Part shown: piece by piece, positions 52,101 through 62,153 of the stretch
How positions within the stretch are numbered: the first letter of the stretch is position 1
Layout of the letters: each line of letters starts with the position of its first letter
NCBI GenBank assembly: GCA_965223335.1
Contig: OZ244991.1
Coordinates: 2,016,001-2,080,000, forward strand
From: Thermodesulfobacteriota bacterium
Lineage (GTDB): Bacteria > Desulfobacterota_D > UBA1144 > Nemesobacterales > UBA2774
Length of the DNA: 64,000 nucleotides
Direction of reading: 5' to 3'
Notes under the pieces: generated by a model
Told to the model about the DNA's origin: nothing
Database searches by the model: none
Seen by the model: the letters and a program-made list of their open reading frames with translations, nothing else
Position numbers and translations under genes: made by a program

Positions 52101-52817
52101 ATGAAAAAAACAAAGCTTGCAGTAATAATGAGAGTCGGGCCGGGCTTGGGTGCGGCCTGTGCCAAGAAGTTTGCAGCCGAGGGGTTCACGGTGGCGATGT
52201 TGGCTAGGAAAATTACTAAACTTAAAAAAATAGAGAAGGAAATTAAAAACGAGGGAGGAGAGGCCCTATCGTACACCGTGGATGTAGCCAATGAGAAGGA
52301 GATTAAAGCCGTCTTTCGTAAGCTGGGTTCGATCGCTCGGGGCATAGAACTATTCGTATACAATGCGGGGCAGTTCCGTATGGGTGGTGTGATGGAGCTT
52401 AGTGCTAGCGAGTTTGTAGGGGCTTGGAACACTAACTGCCTAGGGGCATTTCTTGGCGCTAAAGAGGTGCTGCCCGTAATGAGCCGGCAGAGGAAAGGGA
52501 CCATAATTTTTACAGGTGCTACCGCGTCGCTTAGAGGGAGTGCTAAGTTTTCTGCACTTGCAGTAGGAAAATTTGCGCTCCGGGCCCTTGCTCAATCACT
52601 GGCTAGGGAGTTTGGACCCAAGGGCATCCATGTTGCTCATGTTGTGGTTGATGGGATTATAGCAACCCCTGCGTACCTTGATAAATATCCTAAAACAAAG
52701 CGGAATACACTTATATCACCCGAGTCTATTGCTGAGCTCTACTGGGATATTTACAAGCAGGACAGATCGGCCTGGACGCTTGAGACCGATCTTAGACCGT
52801 ATGGGGAGAAATTTTAA
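52101..52817 (+). CDS. SDR oxidoreductase
   Basis: GPGLG, YNAG, TGATASLRG, GKFALRALAQS; SD AAGGAG. Confidence 0.9.
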   Translation: MKKTKLAVIMRVGPGLGAACAKKFAAEGFTVAMLARKITKLKKIEKEIKNEGGEALSYTVDVANEKEIKAVFRKLGSIARGIELFVYNAGQFRMGGVMELSASEFVGAWNTNCLGAFLGAKEVLPVMSRQRKGTIIFTGATASLRGSAKFSALAVGKFALRALAQSLAREFGPKGIHVAHVVVDGIIATPAYLDKYPKTKRNTLISPESIAELYWDIYKQDRSAWTLETDLRPYGEKF

Positions 52818-52921
52818 TCAGAATGTTTATTCAAACAATTATTGCATTCATCGAATTTATCTTTTACAATACATTTATGTAATTAGATATTTACACATGA
52901 GAGCTACGGAGGTAACACATT

Positions 52922-53179
52922 ATGGGATGCTGTTATAAAGCCATTGGCGACGAGAGAAGAAGGAGAATCCTTGAGATTCTGGGAAATGACTCTGCGAGTG
53001 CAGGAGACATTGCACGCAGGTTTAAGATCTCGCAACCTACGGTTTCCAACCACCTTAAGATTCTTAAGGAAGCCGGTTTGATCAAGGAGCGCAAGGTAAA
53101 GCAGAATAGGATCTATTCCTTGAACAAATCTAGGCTGCAGAAAGTCATTGACAGTCTACAGGACATAGTCCACGCATAA
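52922..53179 (+). CDS. ArsR/SmtB-family regulator, copy 2
   Basis: RRRILEIL, TVSNHLKILKEAG; SD GGAGG; promoter TTGCAT-17-TACAAT (52842-52870). Confidence 0.9.
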   Translation: MGCCYKAIGDERRRRILEILGNDSASAGDIARRFKISQPTVSNHLKILKEAGLIKERKVKQNRIYSLNKSRLQKVIDSLQDIVHA

Positions 53180-53323
53180 GCTGTTTAAGTGCTTTTACCT
53201 GTATAGGACTAAAGTATTAATAAAACGGCCTATCTACAACTTTTGTTATATAGAAGTATGTGCTTAGGTCTAATTGACATTTGCGCCTGAAATTGCTTAA
53301 ATCCTATATAGGAGGAATGTATC

Positions 53324-53692
53324 ATGCATAGAGAAACCGCGGCGGGGGTTTTGGGCAAAGGGTTTGGTAGCGGGGATTTCAATAGGCTTTGGGTATCGTC
53401 GTTTGGGAGCCAGATCGAGATGCTCGCCCACCTAAATATGGTTAAGCAAGAGAATGCGCGCAACCTGTACGGGTATTTCGATAAGTTTCAAAGCCGTTTG
53501 GGAACAAATGTATCGAAACCTTTGAGGGACAGGTACTCGTATAGACTCTACCTAGAGGATATGCTCCATAAAAACCTTATACAGATAGATAAGAGCGATC
53601 CTAAGAGAGCAAAAGTCGTAATCACTCCTTTGGCTGAGAATTTTCTAAGATATATAGAAGAGAAGCACAAGCTGGATCTAAGACCTTTATAG
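53324..53692 (+). CDS. Hypothetical protein, possible winged-helix fold
   Basis: SD AGGAGG; upstream TTGACA; C-terminal LI...VITPLAENFL wing-like pattern. Confidence 0.65.
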   Translation: MHRETAAGVLGKGFGSGDFNRLWVSSFGSQIEMLAHLNMVKQENARNLYGYFDKFQSRLGTNVSKPLRDRYSYRLYLEDMLHKNLIQIDKSDPKRAKVVITPLAENFLRYIEEKHKLDLRPL

Positions 53693-53873
53693 CCTAGAGA
53701 TCTATTTTCTACGTCCTCATTTACCATTCTAATATACACAGTGCAGTTGTGTGCCCCGCTTTAAATATAGTGCCTATAAGTGGGTAGTCTTTATTGCCGA
53801 ATCATTCGGTAAATTAGATATTTTTGCGTAATTATTTATAATGAATGAATGCACTTAAATTGTGGAGACATAG

Positions 53874-55043
53874 ATGATTGAAACAGATCGCATGGCCGAA
53901 CACTTAATGGATTTGATAAGGATAGACAGCTTGTCTAAGCGTGAAAAAGAGGTTGCGCTCAAGCTAGAGGATGATATGAAAGCGCTTGGTGCCGAGTGTG
54001 TCTATGATGATGCAGGAGAGAAAGTGGATGGAAACGTCGGCAACTTGATAGTGAGGTTAAAGGGCACAAAATCGGATATAAGGCCTCTTTTGCTCTCGGC
54101 ACATATGGACACTGTGGGGCCTGGGGAAGGAATCTCGCCATCTATTGAAGACGGTCTGATGACAAGCGATGGCACAACGATATTGGGCAGTGACGACAAA
54201 AGCGGGATTGCTGTGATTGTAGAGGTTCTGAGAACCCTAAAAGAGAAAGACCTGCCACACGGGGATATTGAGGTCGCTTTCACGATATGCGAAGAGATAG
54301 GATTGCTGGGGGCAAAGTATATAGATATATCAAAGTTCCGGTCCAAACACGGAATTGTGCTCGACAGCAGCACCCCGGCAAGGTTAGTGCTTAGGTGTCC
54401 CTCGGCAGAGAAATTGGAGTTTGTTGTCCATGGATTGGAGGCCCATGCCGGGTTATGCCCTGAGTACGGCCTAAATGCTATCGAGATTGCAAGCTCTGCT
54501 GTTGCGAAGATGAAGCTTGGTAGGATTGATGAGTTTACTACCGCAAACATCGGTATCATTGAGGGAGGGCGTGCGACAAACATAGTGCCAAATATGGTTA
54601 GAGTAGTTGGGGAAGTTAGGAGCCATTATGAGGAGAGTTTGAGGGCACAGGTAGAGCATATTAGGAGTTGTCTGCACGAATCTGTGGCAAAGTACCAAGT
54701 TACATTGCAAGATGAGCACTCCACAGAGGGCACCACATACTTTGCCAGATTGGATGAAAAAATAGAGAGAAGCTATGACAAAATGGATGTAGGCCCCGAT
54801 TCATTAAGTGCGAGGCTCGTAGACAACGCAGTATCAAACCTCGGTCACAAGATTAAGCACCATACCAGTGGCGGGGGATGTGACGCCAACTACTTTAATA
54901 AGATGGGAATTGAATGTGTGAACCTGGGCACAGGGATGTATGAGCTGCACACCGTAAATGAGTACCTAGTGATGGAAGAGTTTAATAGAACGGCCGATAT
55001 AGTTCTCGAAGCTATTCGTATGAACGCCGCCGGTTACAATTAG
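53874..55043 (+). CDS. M20 family metallopeptidase (peptidase T-like)
   Basis: AHMDTV, DDKSG, EEIG, GGGCDAN, HTVNE. Confidence 0.92.
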   Translation: MIETDRMAEHLMDLIRIDSLSKREKEVALKLEDDMKALGAECVYDDAGEKVDGNVGNLIVRLKGTKSDIRPLLLSAHMDTVGPGEGISPSIEDGLMTSDGTTILGSDDKSGIAVIVEVLRTLKEKDLPHGDIEVAFTICEEIGLLGAKYIDISKFRSKHGIVLDSSTPARLVLRCPSAEKLEFVVHGLEAHAGLCPEYGLNAIEIASSAVAKMKLGRIDEFTTANIGIIEGGRATNIVPNMVRVVGEVRSHYEESLRAQVEHIRSCLHESVAKYQVTLQDEHSTEGTTYFARLDEKIERSYDKMDVGPDSLSARLVDNAVSNLGHKIKHHTSGGGCDANYFNKMGIECVNLGTGMYELHTVNEYLVMEEFNRTADIVLEAIRMNAAGYN

Positions 55044-55078
55044 TACCGTTCACAAACAGAAAATCCTAACTCACCTTT

Positions 55079-55453
55079 ATGAAAAAAGCGTTGATACTGG
55101 TAGATCACGGCAGTGTAGTGGATGAAGCAAACGCAATGCTCGAGCAGGTTGCAGGGCTTGTGGCCAAGAGTGAAAAGAACGAGTTTGATATAGTGAAGTA
55201 TGCTCATATGGAACTGGCCCCGCCTACCCTCTCGGATGTATTTGATGAATGTGTTGGGCTCGGGGCAAGACACGTGGTAGTGCACCCGTATTTCTTGGCA
55301 CCGGGTCGTCATTCGACAGATGATATCCCGCGCATGGCACGCGACGCGGCCGCTAAACATAGAGGAGTAAAATACAGTGTTACGGAACCGCTGGGCGTGC
55401 ATGCACACATAGTAGAGGTGATATTGGAGAGGGTCTCGGGCACCGATGAATAG
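55079..55453 (+). CDS. CbiX/SirB-like short sirohydrochlorin chelatase
   Basis: DHGS, MELAPP, PYFLAPGRH, EPLGVH. Confidence 0.85.
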   Translation: MKKALILVDHGSVVDEANAMLEQVAGLVAKSEKNEFDIVKYAHMELAPPTLSDVFDECVGLGARHVVVHPYFLAPGRHSTDDIPRMARDAAAKHRGVKYSVTEPLGVHAHIVEVILERVSGTDE

Positions 55454-55493
55454 GGAATGAATCTAAAGCTAACCAACCCGTATAACATACAAA

Positions 55494-56246
55494 ATGAAAA
55501 AATATGAAGCTGTGCTGGTGGACCTGTTCGACACTGTAGTTGAGTTTAATTTCAAACGCCTGCCCGATGTTGAGTACCAGGGTGAGAGGGCAAGAACTAC
55601 GAGCAGAGATGTCTACGATGTGTTCCTGAGATACTATCCGGGAATAGGGTTCGAGGGGTTCTACCCCTATTTTATTGATAGCTACAGAGCGATTCAAACA
55701 CTTAAACACGAAGAGTACAGGGAGTACCCGACTTCAAAGAGGTTTGAGATAATGTTAGGGGAGATGGGACTTGACTCAGGTGTGGACGACCGAGAGCTAA
55801 TTGATGAGATGGTGTTGGCTCATATGAGCGGGCTTGCGAGGTGTGTGGAGCTGCCTGATGACAACAATAGTGCCTTGGACGCTATGGTTAGTAGCGGAGT
55901 ACGAGTGGGACTGGTGTCAAATTTTGATCACTCGCCCACAGCGAGGAAGCTGCTTGGGGATTTTGGTCTCACGGAAAAGTTTGAAACAATCGTGATCTCG
56001 GAGGATGTGGGCTGGAGGAAACCAAACGCAAATATATTTAACCGGGCCTTGGACAACATGAACATAGATGCACAAGACACTGTATTTGTGGGAGACAACT
56101 TCAATGCCGATGTTGTGGGCTCGATGAATTTAGGGATGGATGCGATATGGTTGAACCGAAACAATGAGTCTTTAGAATCTCTTGACCCTGTGCCGGCTTA
56201 CATAGTGAATAAATTCCCCGAGATAGTGGATATTGTTATATTGTAG
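55494..56246 (+). CDS. HAD-family hydrolase
   Basis: DLFDT, VSN, RKP, GDNFNADV. Confidence 0.9.
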   Translation: MKKYEAVLVDLFDTVVEFNFKRLPDVEYQGERARTTSRDVYDVFLRYYPGIGFEGFYPYFIDSYRAIQTLKHEEYREYPTSKRFEIMLGEMGLDSGVDDRELIDEMVLAHMSGLARCVELPDDNNSALDAMVSSGVRVGLVSNFDHSPTARKLLGDFGLTEKFETIVISEDVGWRKPNANIFNRALDNMNIDAQDTVFVGDNFNADVVGSMNLGMDAIWLNRNNESLESLDPVPAYIVNKFPEIVDIVIL

Positions 56247-56296
56247 ATAGAGCATTTAGGGATTAGATAGTATTCGTCGCGAACGAGAACCATAAA

Positions 56297-57994
56297 ATGA
56301 CAGGACCGAAAACACTGTTAAAACCGAATAAAAAAATACCGAATGTACGTAGCGGGCTTAGCATAAAAACCATCCCCGAGTTGTTGGTGTATGGTGCAGA
56401 AAATTACTCGGATAATACCGCTTATCTAAGGAGAGAGGCGGATACAATTAGGGAGTACAGCTTCGGTGACGTTCTTAGTTATGTCAGGAGCCTGGCTGCA
56501 CACTTAATCGATCTTGGTTATAAAAGGGGTGATCATATAGCAGTTCTAAGCGAGAACCGCCCCGAGTGGTGCATTGCGTATTTTGCGGTGACGTGGATAG
56601 GAGCTGTTGTTATCACCCTTGATGCCAGGAGCCAAGCAGACTCGGTGGAGAATATCCTCTTGGTATCGGATTCAATAGCAGTGATTACATCTGCTTCACA
56701 TCTAAAAAGTATAGAATCGGCAAAAGACCGCCTACCCGGATTAAAAGACATTATCTCTATGGAGGATTTTGACGATATTTGCAAGCTAAATGCAGATGGT
56801 GTTGATATGGCGCAGGTTTTACCGGAGGACCTGTTGCAAATACTGTTTACCTCGGGCACGACCGGAGACCCCAAGGGGGTTATGCTGACACACCGTAACG
56901 TAGTGTCTAACGTAGGGGATATGTACTGTGCGTTTGACTTTACCCCCGAGGACAGGGCGTTTTCTATTTTACCGATCCATCACTCTTATGAGTGTACATG
57001 TGGTTTTTTAACAACCTTTACCTGCGGGCTGAGTGTATTTTTTGCACGTAGTGTGCTCAAACCCAGAGAGATGCTCGAGGACCTAAAATCTGCAAGTCCC
57101 ACAATATGGTTAAACACCCCGCTCATCTTGGAAAAACTGTATTTGAGGATAGAAAAACAGCTTTCGTCTCAAAAGGGTCTTATGGGATACATACTAAAAA
57201 TACTGCCGAATAGCTACATTGGAAAAAAAGCTAAAGAAGAGCTCGGGCTTGCGGATTTAAAGCTTATAATGTGCGGAGGAGCGGCGTTGCCCGACTGGGT
57301 ATCAGAGGGTCTGGCAAAGTATGGTTTTCCTATTATCCAGGGTTATGGGCTATCCGAGTCGTCGCCGGTAATAAGCTTTAACCCCCCGTCTCGGGCAAAG
57401 AACCAGAGCGTTGGTCTCGTAATACAAGGCGACGAGGTGGAGATTCGAGACCCCGACCACAATGGTATAGGGGAAATAGCGGTTAGGGGGCCCAACATAA
57501 TGAAGGGGTACTACAAGAATGAAACCGCGACCCGCGAGATACTAGACCAAGAGGGATGGCTCCTTACCGGGGACCTGGGCTATTTTGACACTGACAGTTA
57601 CCTGTATATAACCGGTAGGAAGAAGTCTTTGATTGTGACGCGTGGGGGCAAGAACATTTACCCTGAGGAGATTGAAGAGAAGCTAGTGGCATCTAATCTA
57701 ATAGAAGAGGCACTGGTGTTTAGCCCCGATGATGAGAGTATAGAGGCACTTATCTTTCCCAATATGGAAGAGGTTACCTCGGCGATTGGTCAAGGGGGTA
57801 CCGAACCTGACCCCGAAGCCATGTGGGAACATATAGAGCCCGAGGTAAGGAGAATCAACAAATTGCTTGAGCCATATAAAAGGGTTAGGCGTTTTGCCCT
57901 TAGGCTTGAGGAATTCCCAAAAACCACCACTCGAAAAATTAAGAGGTTCATGTTTAAGGGTGTTAAAATAGATAAAGACACCAAAGTGCTATAA
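56297..57994 (+). CDS. Long-chain acyl-CoA synthetase (AMP-binding)
   Basis: FTSGTTGDPKG, QGYGLSE, TGDLG, KTTTRKIKR. Confidence 0.92.
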   Translation: MTGPKTLLKPNKKIPNVRSGLSIKTIPELLVYGAENYSDNTAYLRREADTIREYSFGDVLSYVRSLAAHLIDLGYKRGDHIAVLSENRPEWCIAYFAVTWIGAVVITLDARSQADSVENILLVSDSIAVITSASHLKSIESAKDRLPGLKDIISMEDFDDICKLNADGVDMAQVLPEDLLQILFTSGTTGDPKGVMLTHRNVVSNVGDMYCAFDFTPEDRAFSILPIHHSYECTCGFLTTFTCGLSVFFARSVLKPREMLEDLKSASPTIWLNTPLILEKLYLRIEKQLSSQKGLMGYILKILPNSYIGKKAKEELGLADLKLIMCGGAALPDWVSEGLAKYGFPIIQGYGLSESSPVISFNPPSRAKNQSVGLVIQGDEVEIRDPDHNGIGEIAVRGPNIMKGYYKNETATREILDQEGWLLTGDLGYFDTDSYLYITGRKKSLIVTRGGKNIYPEEIEEKLVASNLIEEALVFSPDDESIEALIFPNMEEVTSAIGQGGTEPDPEAMWEHIEPEVRRINKLLEPYKRVRRFALRLEEFPKTTTRKIKRFMFKGVKIDKDTKVL

Positions 57995-58094
57995 AATTTA
58001 ATAATCTGAAATAGTTCGGGCATACTTAAAAAACCGGTTATATTTAGATTGACCTTAAGTTTCTTTGATGCGATAATTAGCAATGTTTGTATAA

Positions 58095-59966
58095 ATGTAT
58101 TTAAAGACACACGTCACGCGAATGAACTACCGAATGTTGAACCCAACTAACTCATTGCTGTCTATCACTATAGTTGCTGTGCTTTTAGTTCTTGTGGGCT
58201 GTGCGCCTAAGGAGGTAGCACCTGAAGCTTCCACAGAAATCACGGAAAAGCCCCAAATTGTTTCCCCGCAACAGCTAAGCAACTATATACGCGCAAAATT
58301 CCAGCAATCGAGCACCTCTACCACAATAAGCATTAACGGTAAGGCCATTAACTCGTACTATTCGCTCCCTACCATATATCAGGGTAATGCTTACTCGGCA
58401 CTTTGGGTGGATAAGGATGGGTTATTGGACCAAGCCCTTTTGTTTCTGGAGATACTGCGTAATTCCGATACACATGGTCTCGTCCCGCAAACCTATTATG
58501 TGGGCGAGATAGATGCACTGCTAGATAAAATGGGAGCTAAAGCAAATAAAGCTAACTACACAAATATAAATGAACTTGCTGAGCTAGATCTGTTGCTTAC
58601 GAATGCGTTTTTGCTTTATAGCCACGAGTTATTAAATGGCAGGGTAAGAAAAGAGGAGATTAACTTTGATATCACCATTCCCGAGAGGAAAGTGGACAGC
58701 GGTAACATCCTATTAAGCGCAATAGAGAATAATAATATTGAAGAAGTGTTGGCTGGGTTCGAGCCGAAACACCCTGTGTACAAGCGGCTTATGGATGTTT
58801 TGGAACGATACAGAGAGATAGCCTCTAACGGTGGGTGGGGCACAGTGCAGCACGGCCCGAAAATGAAAATGGGATCTAGAGGGCCAAGGGTGTTGGCACT
58901 GAGAGAGAGGTTGATTGTGACCGGAGACATCGTAGCCGATACAGATAACACGAGTAACATTTTTGACAGTACAGTGGACCAGGGGGTAAGGAATTTTCAG
59001 AAGAGAAACGGTCTCCATGTTGACGGTGTTGTAGGGAAGAGCACGGTAGAGTCTCTTAATGTACCGGTCAATGATAAGATCCGACAGATCGAGATCAATT
59101 TGGAGCGTTGGAGATTGTTGCCCCAGCAACTTGGCAATAAATATGTGCTGGTGAATGTTGCCAACTATCATCTATATGCAATGGAGAATAATACCAAGAA
59201 TCTAGATATGAGGATTGTGGTAGGCAAACCGGAGTGGAACACGCCGATCTTTAACGAAGAGATGGAGTACCTGGTGTTTAATCCATATTGGAATATACCA
59301 CCCAGCATTTTTAGAGACGACATACTCCCCAGGATAAAATCGGACCCCAATTATCTGAGTAAAAGAAATATTACAATTGTCGGTGCTCCCAAAATAAGAC
59401 CTAAACCTGTAGAGCTAGAAAAAACAGAAGATATGGCTTCTGAAGGCGATGGCCAGATGATGCACGGCCCTATGCCACTTGAGGAAAAAAAGTCCCCTCC
59501 CCCGCCACAGATAGACTGGTCCAAGGTCGTAAGCGGTAAATACAGGGCCAGACAGAACCCGGGCCCGGGAAATGCACTTGGGCGGATTAAATTCATATTC
59601 CCCAATAAACACAGTGTTTACCTTCACGACACACCCAATAGAGGCTACTTTAATAGGTCTAAACGCAATTTCAGCCATGGGTGCATAAGGGTGGAAAAAC
59701 CCTATGAGCTGGCTGAGTTTGTGTTGGCACCCGACCCCAGTTGGACTGCCGATTCGGTGCGTAGCGCCGTCAGACGCGGCAACACCAGGACTGTACACCT
59801 GCCCACACCTATGCCGGTATACATACTTTATTTCACCGTCTGGGTGGATGACCAGGGTAACCCGGGGTTCCACCAGGATGTTTACGGGTTGGATAGGGAA
59901 CTAGACACGGCACTTAGCAACAAATCTAGATGGCTAGATGTAGCGAGCACTACTCAAAGCCAATAA
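58095..59966 (+). CDS. YcbB/LdtD-like L,D-transpeptidase, probably a lipoprotein
   Basis: LVG|C lipobox, PG-binding FQKRNGL..DGVVG, HDT...SHGCIR; promoter TTGACC-17-GATAAT (58049-58077); exact start uncertain. Confidence 0.9.
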   Translation: MYLKTHVTRMNYRMLNPTNSLLSITIVAVLLVLVGCAPKEVAPEASTEITEKPQIVSPQQLSNYIRAKFQQSSTSTTISINGKAINSYYSLPTIYQGNAYSALWVDKDGLLDQALLFLEILRNSDTHGLVPQTYYVGEIDALLDKMGAKANKANYTNINELAELDLLLTNAFLLYSHELLNGRVRKEEINFDITIPERKVDSGNILLSAIENNNIEEVLAGFEPKHPVYKRLMDVLERYREIASNGGWGTVQHGPKMKMGSRGPRVLALRERLIVTGDIVADTDNTSNIFDSTVDQGVRNFQKRNGLHVDGVVGKSTVESLNVPVNDKIRQIEINLERWRLLPQQLGNKYVLVNVANYHLYAMENNTKNLDMRIVVGKPEWNTPIFNEEMEYLVFNPYWNIPPSIFRDDILPRIKSDPNYLSKRNITIVGAPKIRPKPVELEKTEDMASEGDGQMMHGPMPLEEKKSPPPPQIDWSKVVSGKYRARQNPGPGNALGRIKFIFPNKHSVYLHDTPNRGYFNRSKRNFSHGCIRVEKPYELAEFVLAPDPSWTADSVRSAVRRGNTRTVHLPTPMPVYILYFTVWVDDQGNPGFHQDVYGLDRELDTALSNKSRWLDVASTTQSQ

Positions 59967-59982
59967 CTAGCCGTTCCTGAGC

Positions 59983-61242
59983 TTACTGAGTTGCACCGTT
60001 AACTTGTCTGAAGTTTCTAAAATCTTTGCCGGTAGGGTGCTGGAATATACGGAGATCAAATTCCGGTACTACCGCGAGTATATGGTCGAATATGTCGGCC
60101 TGGATGGCCTCGTAATTTGCCCATACCTTATCGCTGCTAAACACATAAATTTCAATTGGTATACCGTTTGGGCCGGGTTCCAGCTGGCGCACAAGGAAGG
60201 TCATCTCTTGATTAATGTTTGGATGGTTTCTAAGATAAGCCACTATATAGGCCCTTAGAGTGCCGATGTTGGTAAGTCTGCGTCCGTTCACAAGCACCGT
60301 GTCGTCGACCATCATGTCTTCGTTGTATTTGGCCAGTTCGTGTTTTTTATCCTGTATGTATTCGCTTATGAACTGGATCTGCTTGAACTTATCCAGCATC
60401 TCCCTCGTACAGAACTTAATCGAAGAGATATCTATATAGATTGAGCGTTTTATGCGCCGCCCGCCGGACTCGGACATGCCCCTCCAGTTTTTTACAGACT
60501 CATTGACCAGTGCAAATGTGGGTACGGTTGTAATTGTTTTGTCCCAGTTCTGGACCTTGACGGTGGTTAGGTTGATCTCGGCAACCTCACCGTCGGCCCC
60601 GTGGTTGGGCATCTCGATCCAGTCGCCGATCTGCACCATCTTGTTGGCGGAGATCTGAATACCGGCTGCGAAACCGAGTATTGGATCTTTGAAAATGAGC
60701 ATGATCACCGCAGTCATTGCCCCGAGACCTCCGATTAGGAACTGAGGCGACTTTCCAATCACCACTGAGATCGATACTATGATGATGAGCACGTATAATG
60801 CGAGTTTTATTATCTGTACCACCCCGCGGATAGGGACCTTGCGGGAAATGTCATATGTGGCATATATATCTGCTACCGCGGACAAAAATGCATCGAGAGC
60901 AAACACGCTTAAAAATAGCATTGCTATGAGTGTGGTTTTCTGTACAAAGTTAGAGGCAGTGGCGTTGTCCTCGAACACAAACGGCGCCATTATGTATATA
61001 ATCAGCGCGGGGACGAGATGGCTCAGGCGGTCAAATACCTTGCGATTTAGTATAATATCGTCCCATCTATTAGCGGTTTTAGACACCACTCTACCTACTA
61101 CAGCGAGCGCAATGCGCTTAACAATAAAGTTGAGCAGGTACGCTGTTATCAACAGGCCCACTAAAAATAGGACATCTATTGCAAATGGGACTGCCTGCTC
61201 GCCGAGTTTAATGTTTTTTAGATATTGGATTAGTTCATCCAT
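59983..61242 (-). CDS. MscS-family mechanosensitive channel (YbdG/MscM-like)
   Basis: GDWIEMP, KVQNWDKT, NWRGMSESGGRRIKRS. Confidence 0.92.
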   Translation of the reverse strand: MDELIQYLKNIKLGEQAVPFAIDVLFLVGLLITAYLLNFIVKRIALAVVGRVVSKTANRWDDIILNRKVFDRLSHLVPALIIYIMAPFVFEDNATASNFVQKTTLIAMLFLSVFALDAFLSAVADIYATYDISRKVPIRGVVQIIKLALYVLIIIVSISVVIGKSPQFLIGGLGAMTAVIMLIFKDPILGFAAGIQISANKMVQIGDWIEMPNHGADGEVAEINLTTVKVQNWDKTITTVPTFALVNESVKNWRGMSESGGRRIKRSIYIDISSIKFCTREMLDKFKQIQFISEYIQDKKHELAKYNEDMMVDDTVLVNGRRLTNIGTLRAYIVAYLRNHPNINQEMTFLVRQLEPGPNGIPIEIYVFSSDKVWANYEAIQADIFDHILAVVPEFDLRIFQHPTGKDFRNFRQVNGATQ

Positions 61243-61258
61243 AAGATTATGAGAGTGC

Positions 61259-61462
61259 TTAGTTTTTAATTACCTCTATCTGGTTATTTAATATGACCAC
61301 ATGTATATCTGCAATTCTGCCATCATCGAAAGCTATTCGGTAGGATTTCCCTACCATCTTGTTAACGCTGCCTTGGATTTCGCCGGTTAGCCCTTTGTGG
61401 AATACAGATCCGTTTAAATTGATGGGGAGCACTACTCTAAGTTTTGTGCCTTGTATATACAT
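61259..61462 (-). CDS. Small hypothetical beta-rich protein (SH3-like pattern)
   Basis: 67 aa, KGLTGEI...YRIAFDDG; 16 bp upstream of the MscS gene on the same strand. Confidence 0.6.
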   Translation of the reverse strand: MYIQGTKLRVVLPINLNGSVFHKGLTGEIQGSVNKMVGKSYRIAFDDGRIADIHVVILNNQIEVIKN

Positions 61463-61660
61463 TTAAATTGCCAACCCGCTAAACCACTCGGTGACGAATC
61501 TATATCTATATTAATAAAAAGATTAATCTTTTGCGTGATTTTATGATATGTAAATATCAGGAGCTTTACAAATTGGGCAAATAAAAGCACCTGCCCCACA
61601 CACTGCAATGTAGCGTGAATTTGGAAGGCCTTAGATCTGAATTCGGTGATATTCTACTGC

Positions 61661-61825
61661 TTATGTATTCTCGCCGCCTGAGGTGTCTTCGGGATAGCCT
61701 TTGTCGTCGCTGTTGCCGCCGCACGCTACTGCCTCTGGCGTAATGTCTATAAAAGTAGAGACTGGGAACAACCCGCCCAACACTAAACCGAGCACTACCG
61801 ACATTGTTATGATAGCTTTAGTCAT
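61661..61825 (-). CDS. Unannotated 54-aa secreted peptide
   Basis: Manual translation MTKAIITMSVVLGLVLGGLFPVSTFIDITPEAVACGGNSDDKGYPEDTSGGENT; SD GAAGGAG 6 nt before the ATG. Confidence 0.7.
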   Translation of the reverse strand: MTKAIITMSVVLGLVLGGLFPVSTFIDITPEAVACGGNSDDKGYPEDTSGGENT

Positions 61826-62153
61826 CTTGAACTCCTTCTTTAGAATTAAATATAATATATGCTAGTTTTCTGTCATTTCAATCTTTTTCTTACTTAAGAA
61901 TCACATAGAACGTTTTTTTATCGGTTTATACACGGCCTGAATTACAAGAAAAGCGCACAGGCGACAAATAATGTCAACCTCTTGCGTATAACGGCATAGC
62001 ATGCGCAAATGTGTCGGTCTTGTCCTCGGGTCCACGTAACAGCCTGAGAATACTGCAATATATTGTCTTATCAATGATAAATTCTCGGTTTTTATCAGTT
62101 GGCATGCGGTTTGCATATATACATGAGTAAATACTCGTGAAGGAGAGTTAGTC

